From Balanoglossus misakiensis (Eukaryota > Animalia > Hemichordata): a stretch of DNA of 64,000 bases. Under the pieces are notes generated by a model. The model ran no database searches. It was given only the letters and a program-made list of their open reading frames with translations, and was not told the DNA's origin. The position numbers and the translations under genes are program-made. The stretch lies in the NCBI GenBank assembly GCA_040954595.2, contig CM082582.2, forward strand, positions 5,192,303 through 5,256,302. Reading direction: 5' to 3'. How positions within the stretch are numbered: the first letter of the stretch is position 1; every line of letters begins with the position of its first letter. Positions 26,595-38,560 of the stretch are shown piece by piece.

Positions 26595-28541
26595 AACACT
26601 AAATCAGCAAGACAGAGAAGATGACGGGCCACATCTCAACACCTGTTATCAATATATGTTTAATTACGATCTGTAAATATGCTTCAGTGAATCAACTAAT
26701 GCCTGCAAATCTTGCCGTCTTAAACAAAGATTTGATTTATCGAACATTCTAACATAATTACATTGATATTTTATCCTTACTCAACCTTATTATTTACTAA
26801 GAGAAGAATAGCATGGATGCCATCATATCATATGCCAAGAGTCCAGGACGTTGTGACAACTTTATCTGATATTTGTCAGTATTAATGCTTGAAACGAAAT
26901 GGCGATTTTATGTAAACCTCTGTAATTTAGATCCATACACAGCATACATGTATAAACATCATGCAGCATAGTTAGAACAAGGCATTAGGTAACAAAAAAG
27001 TTATAAACATTGAAATGGGGACAATATTCTTATTTTTACTTTTTTTTCTGCAAGAAGGGTGAAAAACAATATACGGTATGTTTTGTGGTCAATTGAACTC
27101 AATGTAACTATATTTGGTGGTATAAGAGTATCCGAATACACATAAAAGTTTGGCATTACTTGTACAAATGTCGATCACACATTCAGTTATCCGACAATAG
27201 CAGACAAAATATGCCATTTGCTAAGACATAACAGTAATCGAATGTGTCACATAATTTTAAATTGCAATAAAACAACAAAGGCATACATCAAGCTTAAGTT
27301 TATATCTTATTACAAACTGTTTAGGTAGTATGTATGAGTGTGTCATTATGATTTCATGTGCAAGAAGAATGAAAAGCTGCCTCGAAATTTAATTGGGTTA
27401 TTGTTTGGCGATGTCTGGTTTCTACTGTAACTATTTCGACCTTTCAGAATGGTCGTACACGTTCTTACATTGCTTCTGCATGGTGTTGCTTAATCGGGCG
27501 TGTTTACAAACGAGGTGGAAATACATATTCAAGATTGATATCGACAGGTGAGGGCGGTATGTAACACCTTGATGCTCCTGTATTCAAGACAGCAAGGGAA
27601 CTTGTCGGCAAACAAATTGCCTTAGAAAAGAGCGGATCATTGCACTTGCTGTGACACTTTATCGTCCAGGAAACAGCAAACGACACCCTGTTTAAACAAT
27701 ACGGATTGAACACTTTTTGAAGGTAATTTCTACGGGAGGGTGGTCACAACACAAAACAGCCACTAATTCTGACGTTAATGACACCTTGGTTGATAAATGA
27801 CCCAACTCTCAAACAGGAACACAAACTTCGTCATCAACTTTCAACACTGTTCGGTCGATACTACAGCCAACTTTACGCGTCTCTGGAAATCATACGATCA
27901 ACAAAAGGGGCAAAATCTCTCTTTTAGTGCCCTTTTTCATTAATATTGTGGAAAATACACTATTTATATTAATATTCGACAAATGGAAAGATAGTGAATT
28001 AGCGTTCGGCCACACAAAGTTTCCATCCCACTTGTAGACAAAATGAAAAATGAATGAGCGGGCTCCACCATGCATGTTAATCGAGCTTACCAATGTGAGC
28101 ATGCGCAAGTGTATCAATACGCGTACGACCAGACGTAAATTCTATCTAAGCGTAAAAGGGCAAAAACATAGTTCGCAGTTTCCTTCAAGTCATGTGTGGT
28201 CATCGTATGGGTTACTTACTGATTTGCAGTAAGTATTTAACGGATGTTTGACATCAAAAAGGTAGAAAGAGAGATACTTTGTAATTTTAAAATGAGCAAA
28301 ACACCACACTTTTGATTGGTATGCGGATGCGAAATTTTAATGCGATAATATCGAGATGAACCAACCGGAACTACAAAGAATTCCCCAAATTGAACATTTT
28401 GACCACAAGGTAGGTTTTTTGCCTGATGTCACCCAAATTAACTTTACCACCACCCAAAATTTGGTAATGTAGACTACATCCATCATCATAATTGCAACAT
28501 TGATCTTTGCATTAAGATGAATAGTTTGGGGTTATACTGCA

Positions 28542-30501
28542 TCAACCACTCTGTAAATCTGGCGGAAAGATAGATACACAAAGAAAAGAAGTGAGTACAG
28601 ATAATATATTTACTGTGCATGGGCAAAATGGGATCCATTTGCTGGATGTTTAGGCCTAAGTAGCTAGATATGCAAGAAGTAAAGCATTTCGCTGCATTTC
28701 GCGCGCGTGCAAGTATTAAAACCACAGTCCCACGGCCTCAACAACATAGGCCGCGTGGGGGCGTAACAGTCTTTTGCATAATTATCTCCCAAATAAATAT
28801 TTTAAAATGCACCGAGATGGTGTCCTCAGAACCACGTGGAAAACACGACTCCTCGCTATAATCAATTGACGTACCGATATACAAAACTAAATACATATAC
28901 ATCGAAAAGCACGAAGCTTTTAGTGAGTTATCAGATGAGTATAAAACTCACTTTATTACAATACCGAATACATGATCTCTCGTTTTTACCGATGATGATG
29001 GTCTAGTAGGTTTATTCCTGCGAAAGTGATAACACGCAAGCGTTAATGTAATGAAGCTTGATTGAAAAACAGTGACCCTAACTTAGGCTTCACCAATAAG
29101 CCTTACATGTAGGTGAAGAAAGCCTGCTCTCTCCCACGTTACTATATATTTGCGTCGTTTCGTACTCATGGTACTGAAACTGGCCGGGGAAAACTGACGA
29201 TACGTGGGGTGCATGATTGTATTTTTATCTATATTTAAAACTACCGGGACTAACTATTTTAAAACTCTTTCAACAGGGACTATTTTATCTCATTTGCGGG
29301 CAACAACAAGGAAATCGGGCATATGCACACATTTGCAATTCTTATTTGTGCGAGTAATGTTTTGTTTTGTTCTAAATATTAATCATACTCACCTGCACAC
29401 AGATCTGTGTAATCAGCACAGCAGTCATCATATTCGGGACACAGATCGTTGCACTGGCATAAGTTTTCAGCGTTATATGCATCGTCACATCGACCACTGC
29501 ACGAGTCTTGTGGCAGAGAATAGATATGGTAAATAAGTATGTGAGCACGTGATTGGAAAGCAGTATGCTCATTTGCATAAGATGAAGCTGTTCCGCCTTG
29601 TTTATTAGTATAAGTAATTGTTTGTTTTTTATTATTGTTTATTTAATTAAACAATTGAAAGCTAAAGCTGTTTTGTGTTTATATTTGTCAATAAAAAGCT
29701 GTGTTAATGCATGTCTCTTTGTTGATTGTTTATTTACAAATAGGGTCACCTGTTAACAAACAAACAAACAAACAAACAAACAAACAAACAAACAAACAAA
29801 CATGTGTTGACGTTATCTGTAAACAAATGGCCGAAATTGTTATTTGGAAATTTACTACAAATACATATCAGTTTGTGTGGTCTTTGTATGGATTAACGTG
29901 GTTTTGCTACAGCGAGTATGATTTTGAATGGTGCTTTCTCTGAATGTAAAATTCAGCTTTTACCTCCACACAGACGCTGGTAGTCGTCGCAGCAGTTCCC
30001 ATGACCGCTGCATTTGTCGTTACACTGGCATGGATTGTCAGGGTCGTAAGCTGCATCACACCGACCGCTGCATGAATCTATAGAATAAATACGCCGAGAA
30101 ACGACGGAAGTACTGAGACTTTATTGACAGTTTTTCTAGTATATGAAAACGGGACCCGTTTTCATGATGATTTAATGTTTTGTTATGGTGGAAGGAAATA
30201 TAAATGAATTTGAAATACAAAAATGGAGAGAAAACAGGACCCAGGGTATGTCCACCCTACTTTTTCCTTTTTTAGGGGGACTTATAAATTGTTGGAAATG
30301 AGTCAGTACTTTTCTTGCACGCCCCGTGCTATAGTTTTCCTGTGGTAAAAACATCATTCTGGACAGTTCTATAAAAAAAACCTCAAAATGAAAAATATCA
30401 GATTTTTAAAACTAATTTGTAGGTTAATCGTGTCACTGACCTTGTGCGAGTAGGCTATCGCTGCCTAAGACGACCAGGACCAAGAGCGTAGTAAACTTCA
30501 T
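28542..30501 (-). CDS. Secreted SMB-only protein, EndoU paralogue D (signal peptide + 2 SMB, ~101 aa)
   Basis: Exons 30501-30441 (MKFTTLLVLVVLGSDSLLAQ), 30077-29964 (DSCSGRCDAAYDPDNPCQCNDKCSGHGNCCDDYQRLCG), 29506-29393 (DSCSGRCDDAYNAENLCQCNDLCPEYDDCCADYTDLCA), 28558-28542 (DLQSG*). Phase-1 GT-AG junctions; all 8 Cys per SMB intact. Confidence 0.8.
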
Positions 30502-31588
30502 CCTTCTTGATGGGACTTCACTATCCCAACTCTTACTGTAGTGCGTGGCCGTATACACCGCGGTTTTTATTTAATCCATTTGATATGAAGAACTATACAA
30601 TCTATTATTACTACTGCCAGTATTATCAATATGAAATTAAATATGGCAATCTGCCTAAACTTTAGCTACAAAAAACAACGATGCAATGAAAATAGCATCG
30701 TCGCACACATGCAAAAAGATACTTTTGCGTCAAATGTGTACTATGTACACATTTTATTTTCAGTAATGAAAAGTAAAAAGTTTGCACTCACTCAAATAGA
30801 CGTTTTTCAGCCATTAAACCGGATATGTTAATAAGCCTATACGCTCTAAAAATGAAAATAAAACTGTCGTATACGTGCTAAAATAGAAACTTTTGCCCTT
30901 ATTTTATAAAACAGTCATATTCTATTTCCAGCAAAGCTGAGCGCAAACTTCTGCAGCGCTGAGTGTACATAATGCCCCTTTTCCATTAATTACGTTTGAT
31001 ACAAGACACTGTCTATGTTATTCTACATGTGGATATATAGTGAATCAACGACAACGTTCGACCACACACAACTTCCATCCCGCTTGTAGACACGGAAGTA
31101 AGAAACTCGGCAAAAATGAATGATCGGGCTCCACCATGATAATCGAGCTTATCAATGTGAGCATGCGCAAGTGTATCTACACGCCTACGGCCAGACGTAA
31201 ATTCAATACTTAGCGCAAAGGGCAAAACGTAGTTTACAGTTTCAAGCCATGTGTGGTCATCAGATGTGTTACTTATTGGTTTGGAGTAAGTATTTAGTGG
31301 ATGTTTGACATCAAAAAGGTAGAAAGAGAGAGACTTTGTCATTTTAAAATGAGCAAAACACCACACTTCTGATTGGTATGCGGATGTGAAATTTTAATGC
31401 GATAATATCGAGATGAATCATCCAAAACTGCAAAAAAATCCCAAAATTGGACATTTTGATCATCAGGTAGTTTTTTTGCCTGATGTCACCCAAATTAACT
31501 TTACCACCACCCAAAATTTGGTAATGACTACATCCATCATCATAATTGCAACATTGATCTTTGCATTAAGATGAATAGTTGGGGGCTA

Positions 31589-33262
31589 TCAACCACTCAG
31601 GAAATCTGGCGGAAAGATAGATACACAAAGAAAGGACGTGAGTACAGATAATATTGTATGGGCAAAATGGGATCCATTTGCTGGATCGTAGGGCGTAGTA
31701 TGTATGTATCTGCGAAAGTGATAACACAAGCGTTAACATAATGAAGGTAGATTGAAAAACAGTGACCCCTACTTAGGCCTTAGGTGAAGAGAGCCTCGCC
31801 AGGTTTATTGCAACCACAGATCGATAATATGGTCCATATTGAAAATATGTCATGAGCTGGAAACTTTCCATGCAGGTGGTTGGATTTCAAATTGTTGCAC
31901 GCGAAATGAACCCTTTAATTTTCGCAACAATGAATATTTGCAATTATTTGTAATATAGATACCTGGCAATTACAGTTCGGTTGCTAAGTTGGACTGGCTT
32001 ACACTAAGTAATAGGTGTTTTCGACTGCTGTTTGACCAATTAATATATGCGATACTAACTATCCATATTCCAAAGTTCATAGGTTAAATATACTGTATTT
32101 ACATTGCCAGTTGCAAAGACGGTTACAAAACGAAAGAGGCAATCAGCAAAAACACACAGAAAAAGTCAGTTCTGTGGACCAGGAAGTGATGCGAGGTGTT
32201 TCAAAAATAATAAGCGAACCCTGCCCCAAATGTGGCACCCGTCATATATCAGTCTCTGAGTCAAAATAGGAAGCAGACACACACTAAATACAAACATCGC
32301 TGATACCATCAGCGATCATTTGCTTCAGGGATGCATTGAAGTTATCATTTCTGTTGTCTTACATGCGCATACATTAGAACGGTGAACATTAGATTTACGT
32401 GGGGTGAATGATTGATTTTTTTACATATTTAAAAACTTCCGGAACTAACTATTTTAACACGCTTTCGACAGGGACTATTTAAAAATACCACTTTTATTTT
32501 GCGGGCAACAACAAGGTAATCGTGCATATGTATACATTCATTCTCCTGGGAGTATTTATTGCGAGTTATGTTTTGTCTTGTTCTTACATTAATCATACTC
32601 ACCTACACACAGACTTGAGTAATCAGCACAGCAATCATCATTTTCGGTACACAGATCGTTGCACTGGCATAAGTTTTCAGCGTTGTAGGCGTCACCACAT
32701 CGACCTCTGCATGAATCTTGTGGCAGAGAATAATATATGGCAAAGAGGTATGTGAGCACGTGATTGGAAGGGAGTACGCTCATTCGATAGAAGGGAAACA
32801 TGCTATGTGTCATATCGTCAGGAATATCATGTCTCCTACAGTAAACGCCTCTTTGAAGTAAAATATACTGTTACAGTGTAAAATTTGTCATATAGTTAGT
32901 TCTGAAAGTTTGGGATCGCAAAATTACTGAAATGCCTATTGATCTATGTATGGCTTTGCGCTGTTCCACATTTTTTTTGGCTACAGCGATTTGATTTTTT
33001 GAATATAATTCCAAATTTACCTTCACACAGACGCTGGTAGTCATTGCAACAGTTATCATAATAAACGCATTCATCGTTGCACTGGCATGATTGACTGTCT
33101 GCTTCATAGGCTGCATCACATCGACCACTGCAAGAATCTGGCGGGAAAAGTGGACACGTCAAGAAAGGACGTGAGTATAGAAGGACAATATTGACAGTGT
33201 ATGGGGAAATTGGACCCACTTGCAGGATGTTACTTTTAATGTTGTGAAAGGAAAGGACGATG

Positions 33263-33331
<69 letters not shown>

Positions 33332-33845
33332 GTAATACCTATACTTAAGCTACAAAAACACATGAAGACGTATGGTATGAACTCTAGAGCAAATTTTTTC
33401 ACCATTATTGCCAAGTTTTGGTAAATAGTTGCGAATGCCGTGTTACTATAGTTATACAATGCGACAATTTATATGATACTCTCGATGCAAAGGTCGGGCC
33501 CGCTGGTGCACCGAAATTGGCAACGCGTTTTTTCATTTGACAATTGTGCAGAGCCGCCTCGCCTAAGCAAATGCCTGACTAAAACGACAACAAGTGACAT
33601 CATGGTGTATTTTGGTTTCGCAAGTTTGAGCAATTCTACAAAAAATCTCGCCAATACTATTTTTGTCGATTTGACGACCAGGAAGCGGAAAGACCTTGAG
33701 TGCAACTGATTTATGTTGGCTTTCAAAATATAGGGACATGACCGGACTTACCGTACGGCGCTTGCCGGGGTCCATTATGTTGACCTTGTGTCAGTAGGCT
33801 GTTACTGGCTAAGACAACCAAGGCGAGAAACGTAATGTACTTCAT
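31589..33845 (-). CDS. Secreted SMB-only protein, EndoU paralogue C (signal peptide + 2 SMB, ~113 aa)
   Basis: Exons 33845-33752 (MKYITFLALVVLASNSLLTQGQHNGPRQAPY), 33137-33021 (DSCSGRCDAAYEADSQSCQCNDECVYYDNCCNDYQRLCE), 32716-32603 (DSCRGRCGDAYNAENLCQCNDLCTENDDCCADYSSLCV), 31605-31589 (DFLSG*). Confidence 0.8.
33263..33330. repeat. (CAA)n microsatellite in intron 1 of paralogue C
   Basis: Pure CAA run; a homologous longer run lies at 35773-35864 in paralogue B. Confidence 0.9.
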
Positions 33846-34080
33846 ACTTCTTGACTTCACTCCTTCGACGCTTACTGTAGTGTGAAATCTTCTAAACTGC
33901 GGATTTCATTTAACCCCTTGATCTGAAGAACAATATATATATATATATATATACATGTACCTACTGCCAGTATTATCAACGTGATTTAAATATGGCACGC
34001 CGCCTGTTTTATACTTAGCCAAACACGAGCCAAAATCTCGACTGTCGACAGTCCCTCGCGCCTAATGTGTATCTTTTTTG

Positions 34081-34210
34081 AGAGCCGATCGCGCGAAGGC
34101 CCGAATCGGCGTTTCGTGCGAAGGCCGTTAGGCCCGTATCTTTTGAGGGCCGAAGGCCCGATTCGGCGTTTCGTGGTGCGAGGGCCGTTATAAGGCCCGA
34201 GGGACTGTGT
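34081..34210. repeat. GC-rich repeat of small GGCC-GAA-GGCCC hairpin units
   Basis: Repeated gcgaaggcccgaatcggcgtttcgtg motifs, inserted upstream of paralogue C and absent from the matching region of paralogue B. Confidence 0.5.
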
Positions 34211-34611
34211 TATAGCTTGTTTCGCCATCACACGGCATTGTGGGGAAATTCACCCGTAACGCAACTGGCATGATTGACAGTTAATATACGTTTTGTCAAG
34301 GCGAGAGAAATAACTTGTTCAGATACCTTCATTCAAAAAGGCTAAACGAGGTACTGCGATCAAACTGAGCATTTGCCCGCTTTACAGCTTCACTTCCATC
34401 GACTATTAGGGATAGGATTATTAGAAAGCGCCTTAACTTCTCTGGAATCCGTTTTTTTCTGAACTATGCTTGGTTTTGAATCGAACAGAACTGTGACCAA
34501 CTAAAATGTGTATATAAACTGAATGTCCTAAATAGTGTAATTTCCGTATGTGCAGAATGAAATTTGAGATTCGGGAATTATTGGCAAGCCGTACTACAAA
34601 ATCCACCGTAT

Positions 34612-34696
34612 GTCCTGCTGTTCGATGTAGCCGTAGTAATCCACGCTTCCAGACAACTCCTTCAGATACATCTGAATCCAACTGTGGAATCCAGAC
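34612..34696 (-). pseudogene. Detached fragment of EndoU catalytic exon 7
   Basis: 85 bp matching 39444-39528 with 2 substitutions ([28 protein letters not shown]). Donor deleted; no acceptor. Confidence 0.85.
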
Positions 34697-35146
34697 TGAA
34701 TTTTAGCCCGGACTTACTATACACAATGGATAATACATGTATCAAAAATATGAAAACGGCCTGGGCTACTAAAAAGTGATTGCGTTTCCCAAAGCATTAT
34801 AAGATAAAAACGAATTTCTGTATTGTTGTGGTTGTACACTGGAACAGTGCAGTGCTGTATGTTATGGGAATCATACAATCAATAAAGGATCAAAGGGCAA
34901 AAACGACACTTCTGATTGGTATACGGATGTAACATTTTAATGCGATAATATCAAGATAAACCATCCCAAAACTGCCAAAAAACACCAAATCATTTTGACT
35001 GTGTCTAGGTTTCTTGTTTGACGTAACTCAATTCATCTTTGCCGCCACACAAAATTTTGGTAATCAGTAGAACAATCGTCATAACTACCACATTTCTTGT
35101 TCCACAAAGATGAATAGTTGGGGTCATAGATATATGACACACCCCA

Positions 35147-35772
35147 TCAACCAAGCAGCTTTGGTGAATCTGGTGGAAAAGAACAGATATGACAAGAAAA
35201 GACGTGAGCGTAAAGAGAGTATATTGGCAGTATATGGAAACATTGAATTCATTTGCTTTAAAGGCACAGTAACTGTAACTCACGATTATATGCAGTATCT
35301 TGTCCCACTCCTTACACCATGATGACATGCCAAGCATCCAGCTTGTCAATATATGCATTACCCGCAACGTTATATTTTGTCAAATGAATTTTAGCCCGGA
35401 CTAAAATTCAAATACCAACAATAACATGCCACTTTACGTACTGTGTTGAGTAGCTCAATATTAGACACGTAGTCATTCTTGCCACTGTGATATATCGTTG
35501 CGAGTTATGTTTACATTGGAAACACGACTGGCAAGTACAGCAACATATATTTCAACTCACATCTGCACAGACTTGTGTAATCAGCACAGCAATCATCATT
35601 TTCGGTACACAGATCGTTGCACTGGCATAAGTTTTCAGCGTTGTAGGCGTCACCACATCGGCCACTGCAAGAATCTGGCGGGAAAAGTGGACACGACAAG
35701 AACGAACGTGAGTTTAGAAGGAAAATATTGACCCACTTGCAGGCTGATTTATTGTGAAAGGAAAGGACGATG

Positions 35773-35865
<93 letters not shown>

Positions 35866-36354
35866 GTAATACCTATACTTCTGCTACAAAAACACATGAA
35901 GACGTATGGTATGAACTCTAGAGCAAATTTTTTCACCATTATTGCCAAGTTTTGGTAAATAGTTGCGAATGCCGTGTTACTATAGTTATACAATGCGACA
36001 ATTTATATGATACTCTCGATGCAAAGGTCGGGCCCGCTGGTGCACCGAAATTGGCAACGCGTTTTTTCATTTGACAATTGTGCAGAGCCGCCTCGCCTAA
36101 GCTAACACCTGCCGATAACAAGTGACATCATGGTTTATTTTGGTTTCGCAAGTTTGAGCAATTCTACCAAATATTATTTTGTCGATTTGACGACCAGGAA
36201 GCAGAAATATTGAGTGCAACCGATTTATGTTGGCTTTGACAATATAGGACTGACCGAACTTACCGGACGGTGCATCCCGGCGTCCATGTTGACCTTGTAC
36301 GAGTAGGATATTACTGCCTAAGACAACCAAGGCGAGAAACGTGATGTACTTCAT
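35147..36354 (-). CDS. Secreted SMB-only protein, EndoU paralogue B (signal peptide + 1 SMB, ~75 aa)
   Basis: Exons 36354-36264 (MKYITFLALVVLGSNILLVQGQHGRRDAPS), 35674-35561 ([38 protein letters not shown]), 35169-35147 (YSPKLLG*). Confidence 0.75.
35773..35864. repeat. (CAA)n microsatellite in intron 1 of paralogue B
   Basis: Pure CAA run; source of the poly-T and poly-V pseudo-ORFs. Confidence 0.9.
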
Positions 36355-38284
36355 GCTTCTTGATGAGACTTCACTCCTGCGATGCTTACTGTAGTGTGAA
36401 ATCTTGTATACTGTGTGTTTAATTCATCCCCTTGATCTGAAGAACAATCTATATATATATACCTACTGCCAGTATTATCAACGTGATTTAAATATGGCAC
36501 GCCGCCTAGCCAAAATCGTGCTGAACAATTTATTCATCCACACGAATTGGTATTCAGAGTTAAATGACTCCACAACGACACACCAAACTGTCAATTGACC
36601 CAACAAAATACGCCCATGCACAAGACAAGATAATACAATACAAAATGTCTATTATATATTCAGACAGCAACATGTTTGCATTTTATACTTCCTGTTAATT
36701 CGTTTCATGTGTAACGACCATTGTTATTGTTGACAAATGAATTCTAGTCCGGACTTGAATTCAATTTCGCACAATAACAATGCTGATTATGTAATTATAG
36801 GTATAGAAATTGGTTGTGTTTACAGACTAGATGCATCACGTTTCAGGAAGTTGAACAAGAAACTGCACAAAACAAACACACTTCACATCGACAATGATCC
36901 TTACCTAAATTGACTCATCGGCTATTAGGGATAGGATTATTAGAAAGCGCCGTAACTTCTCTGGAATCCGTTTTTTTCTGAACTATGCTTGGTTTTGAAT
37001 CGAACAGAACTGTGACCAACTAAAATGTGTATATAAACTGAATGTCCTAAATAGTGTAATTTCCGTATGTGCAGAATGAAATTTGAGATTCGGGAATTTT
37101 TGGGAAGCTAAATAAAACACATTGTCGTACAAATATAAACTCGTAAGGTTCCGGACAACAACGAAATTGGATTTGAAAACGTTATTTTTTAAACAAATTG
37201 AGTTTCTATATTTGGAATGTAATCAAATTGTCCATTATATAACTACATAAATCATGTATCACGACAGTGGGTTTCGCTAACGACGTAGTGTCACACAGAT
37301 ATGACACCATCTTTCACCGGACATGAAAAAGGGTAATTTTATAAGTTACCCGTTCAGTTAATATGAAGAAAATCATGCAAACGCTAGTAGTAGGGCTAGT
37401 AGATGGCGTGGAATGGAACTATTTATGCACATGCTGTACCCATTGTGGACATAGGAAACACATGAGATTATGACCAGAATTTCAACCTGGTCTTTTTGAG
37501 ACCATGCAGCAACAGCTGGCACTATAACGTGTATGTCACAGTTCCTTCTCCTTGTACATGTAGGACAGCAGTAAATAAAGGATGTAGATATAAATGCTGG
37601 CAATTTGACAAATAGTTGGGGGTAATGGAAAATTACGATGTAGAAATTTTGTTTCCAAAGATGTCTGTTATGTCGACGAAGACTAGTGTTCTTGGAAGAA
37701 TAATATCAGGGAGGGGGATGGTAGGGTAAGGAGGGGAGGGGAGGGCTATGGCAACAACATTTTTAGTGGCCATATGGTGGCATTTTTTCGACGACGTGTG
37801 TTTCTGAGCAGAGCTGAATGTGATGTCTCTTTTTTGTCTGATAATTAGAAAAAAAATGAAATGAGATTGAGGTTTGTTTCGACCCTCAACTCTTTGAAAG
37901 CGTAGGAAGGAAGAGGTTGCAGGGCGAAAAATAAATTAATGAGCTCTGAAATAGGAATATCTTGAATCACATCGGTAAGCTATTTTGAAGTCCAATTAAT
38001 AAGCAGACATGATGAGTACACGTGTCTGTTGTTGTCACGAAGCCAAATGATTGCCTGCCATATTGAATAATGTTCAGTGAATTTACTTGTATTATGGCGT
38101 CTGTCGATTCCTTATCACACATCTGCAGCTAGTAACAACCGCAACAATATAGCACTTCGCTTTTGACTAGTATCGCTTTGGAGAAATGCAATCATCTGTT
38201 GAAGCCCATTCTTTATGTTTGGCAAACATGTGGACGATTGCTAAGGCCCTATGGCGCTTCCGACTGAAATACACTAAGTCGTGT

Positions 38285-38436
38285 TTGTCTCGGTTACCCA
38301 GACCCCCCTGCTTCTTCCGTTGGGCACTCCAGAAAGAGGGTCTGGGGAGCCCGGAGAGTTTTCTATGGGGTTTCCCCAGACCCTCTTTCTGGAGTGCCCA
38401 ACGGAAGAAGCAGGGGGGTCTGGGTAACCGAGACTA
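38285..38436. mobile_element. Palindromic MITE with 10-bp target duplication
   Basis: Arms gtctcggttacccagacccc...ggtctgggga / tccccagacc...ggtctgggtaaccgagac; TAAGTCGTGT is duplicated at 38275-38284 and 38437-38446. Confidence 0.8.
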
Positions 38437-38481
38437 TAAGTCGTGTCTGACATTTTATGCACATTTGATCACTAATGTACC

Positions 38482-38487
38482 TTTATT
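38482..38487 (-). terminator. Candidate EndoU poly(A) signal AATAAA
   Basis: TTTATT on the plus strand, ~75 nt past the EndoU stop codon. Confidence 0.45.
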
Positions 38488-38560
38488 TTGAAGATTAAAA
38501 GGTTGCATATGTATTCGTATACAGTTTTGTTATGGCATAATTTGCTAGTCATTTCTAATG

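Noticed and set aside
32944-35993. ORFs with poly-Val 'transmembrane' stretches preceding SMB domains
   Set aside because: Poly-Val comes from intronic (CAA)n; the real SMB exons begin at acceptors 33137 and 35674.
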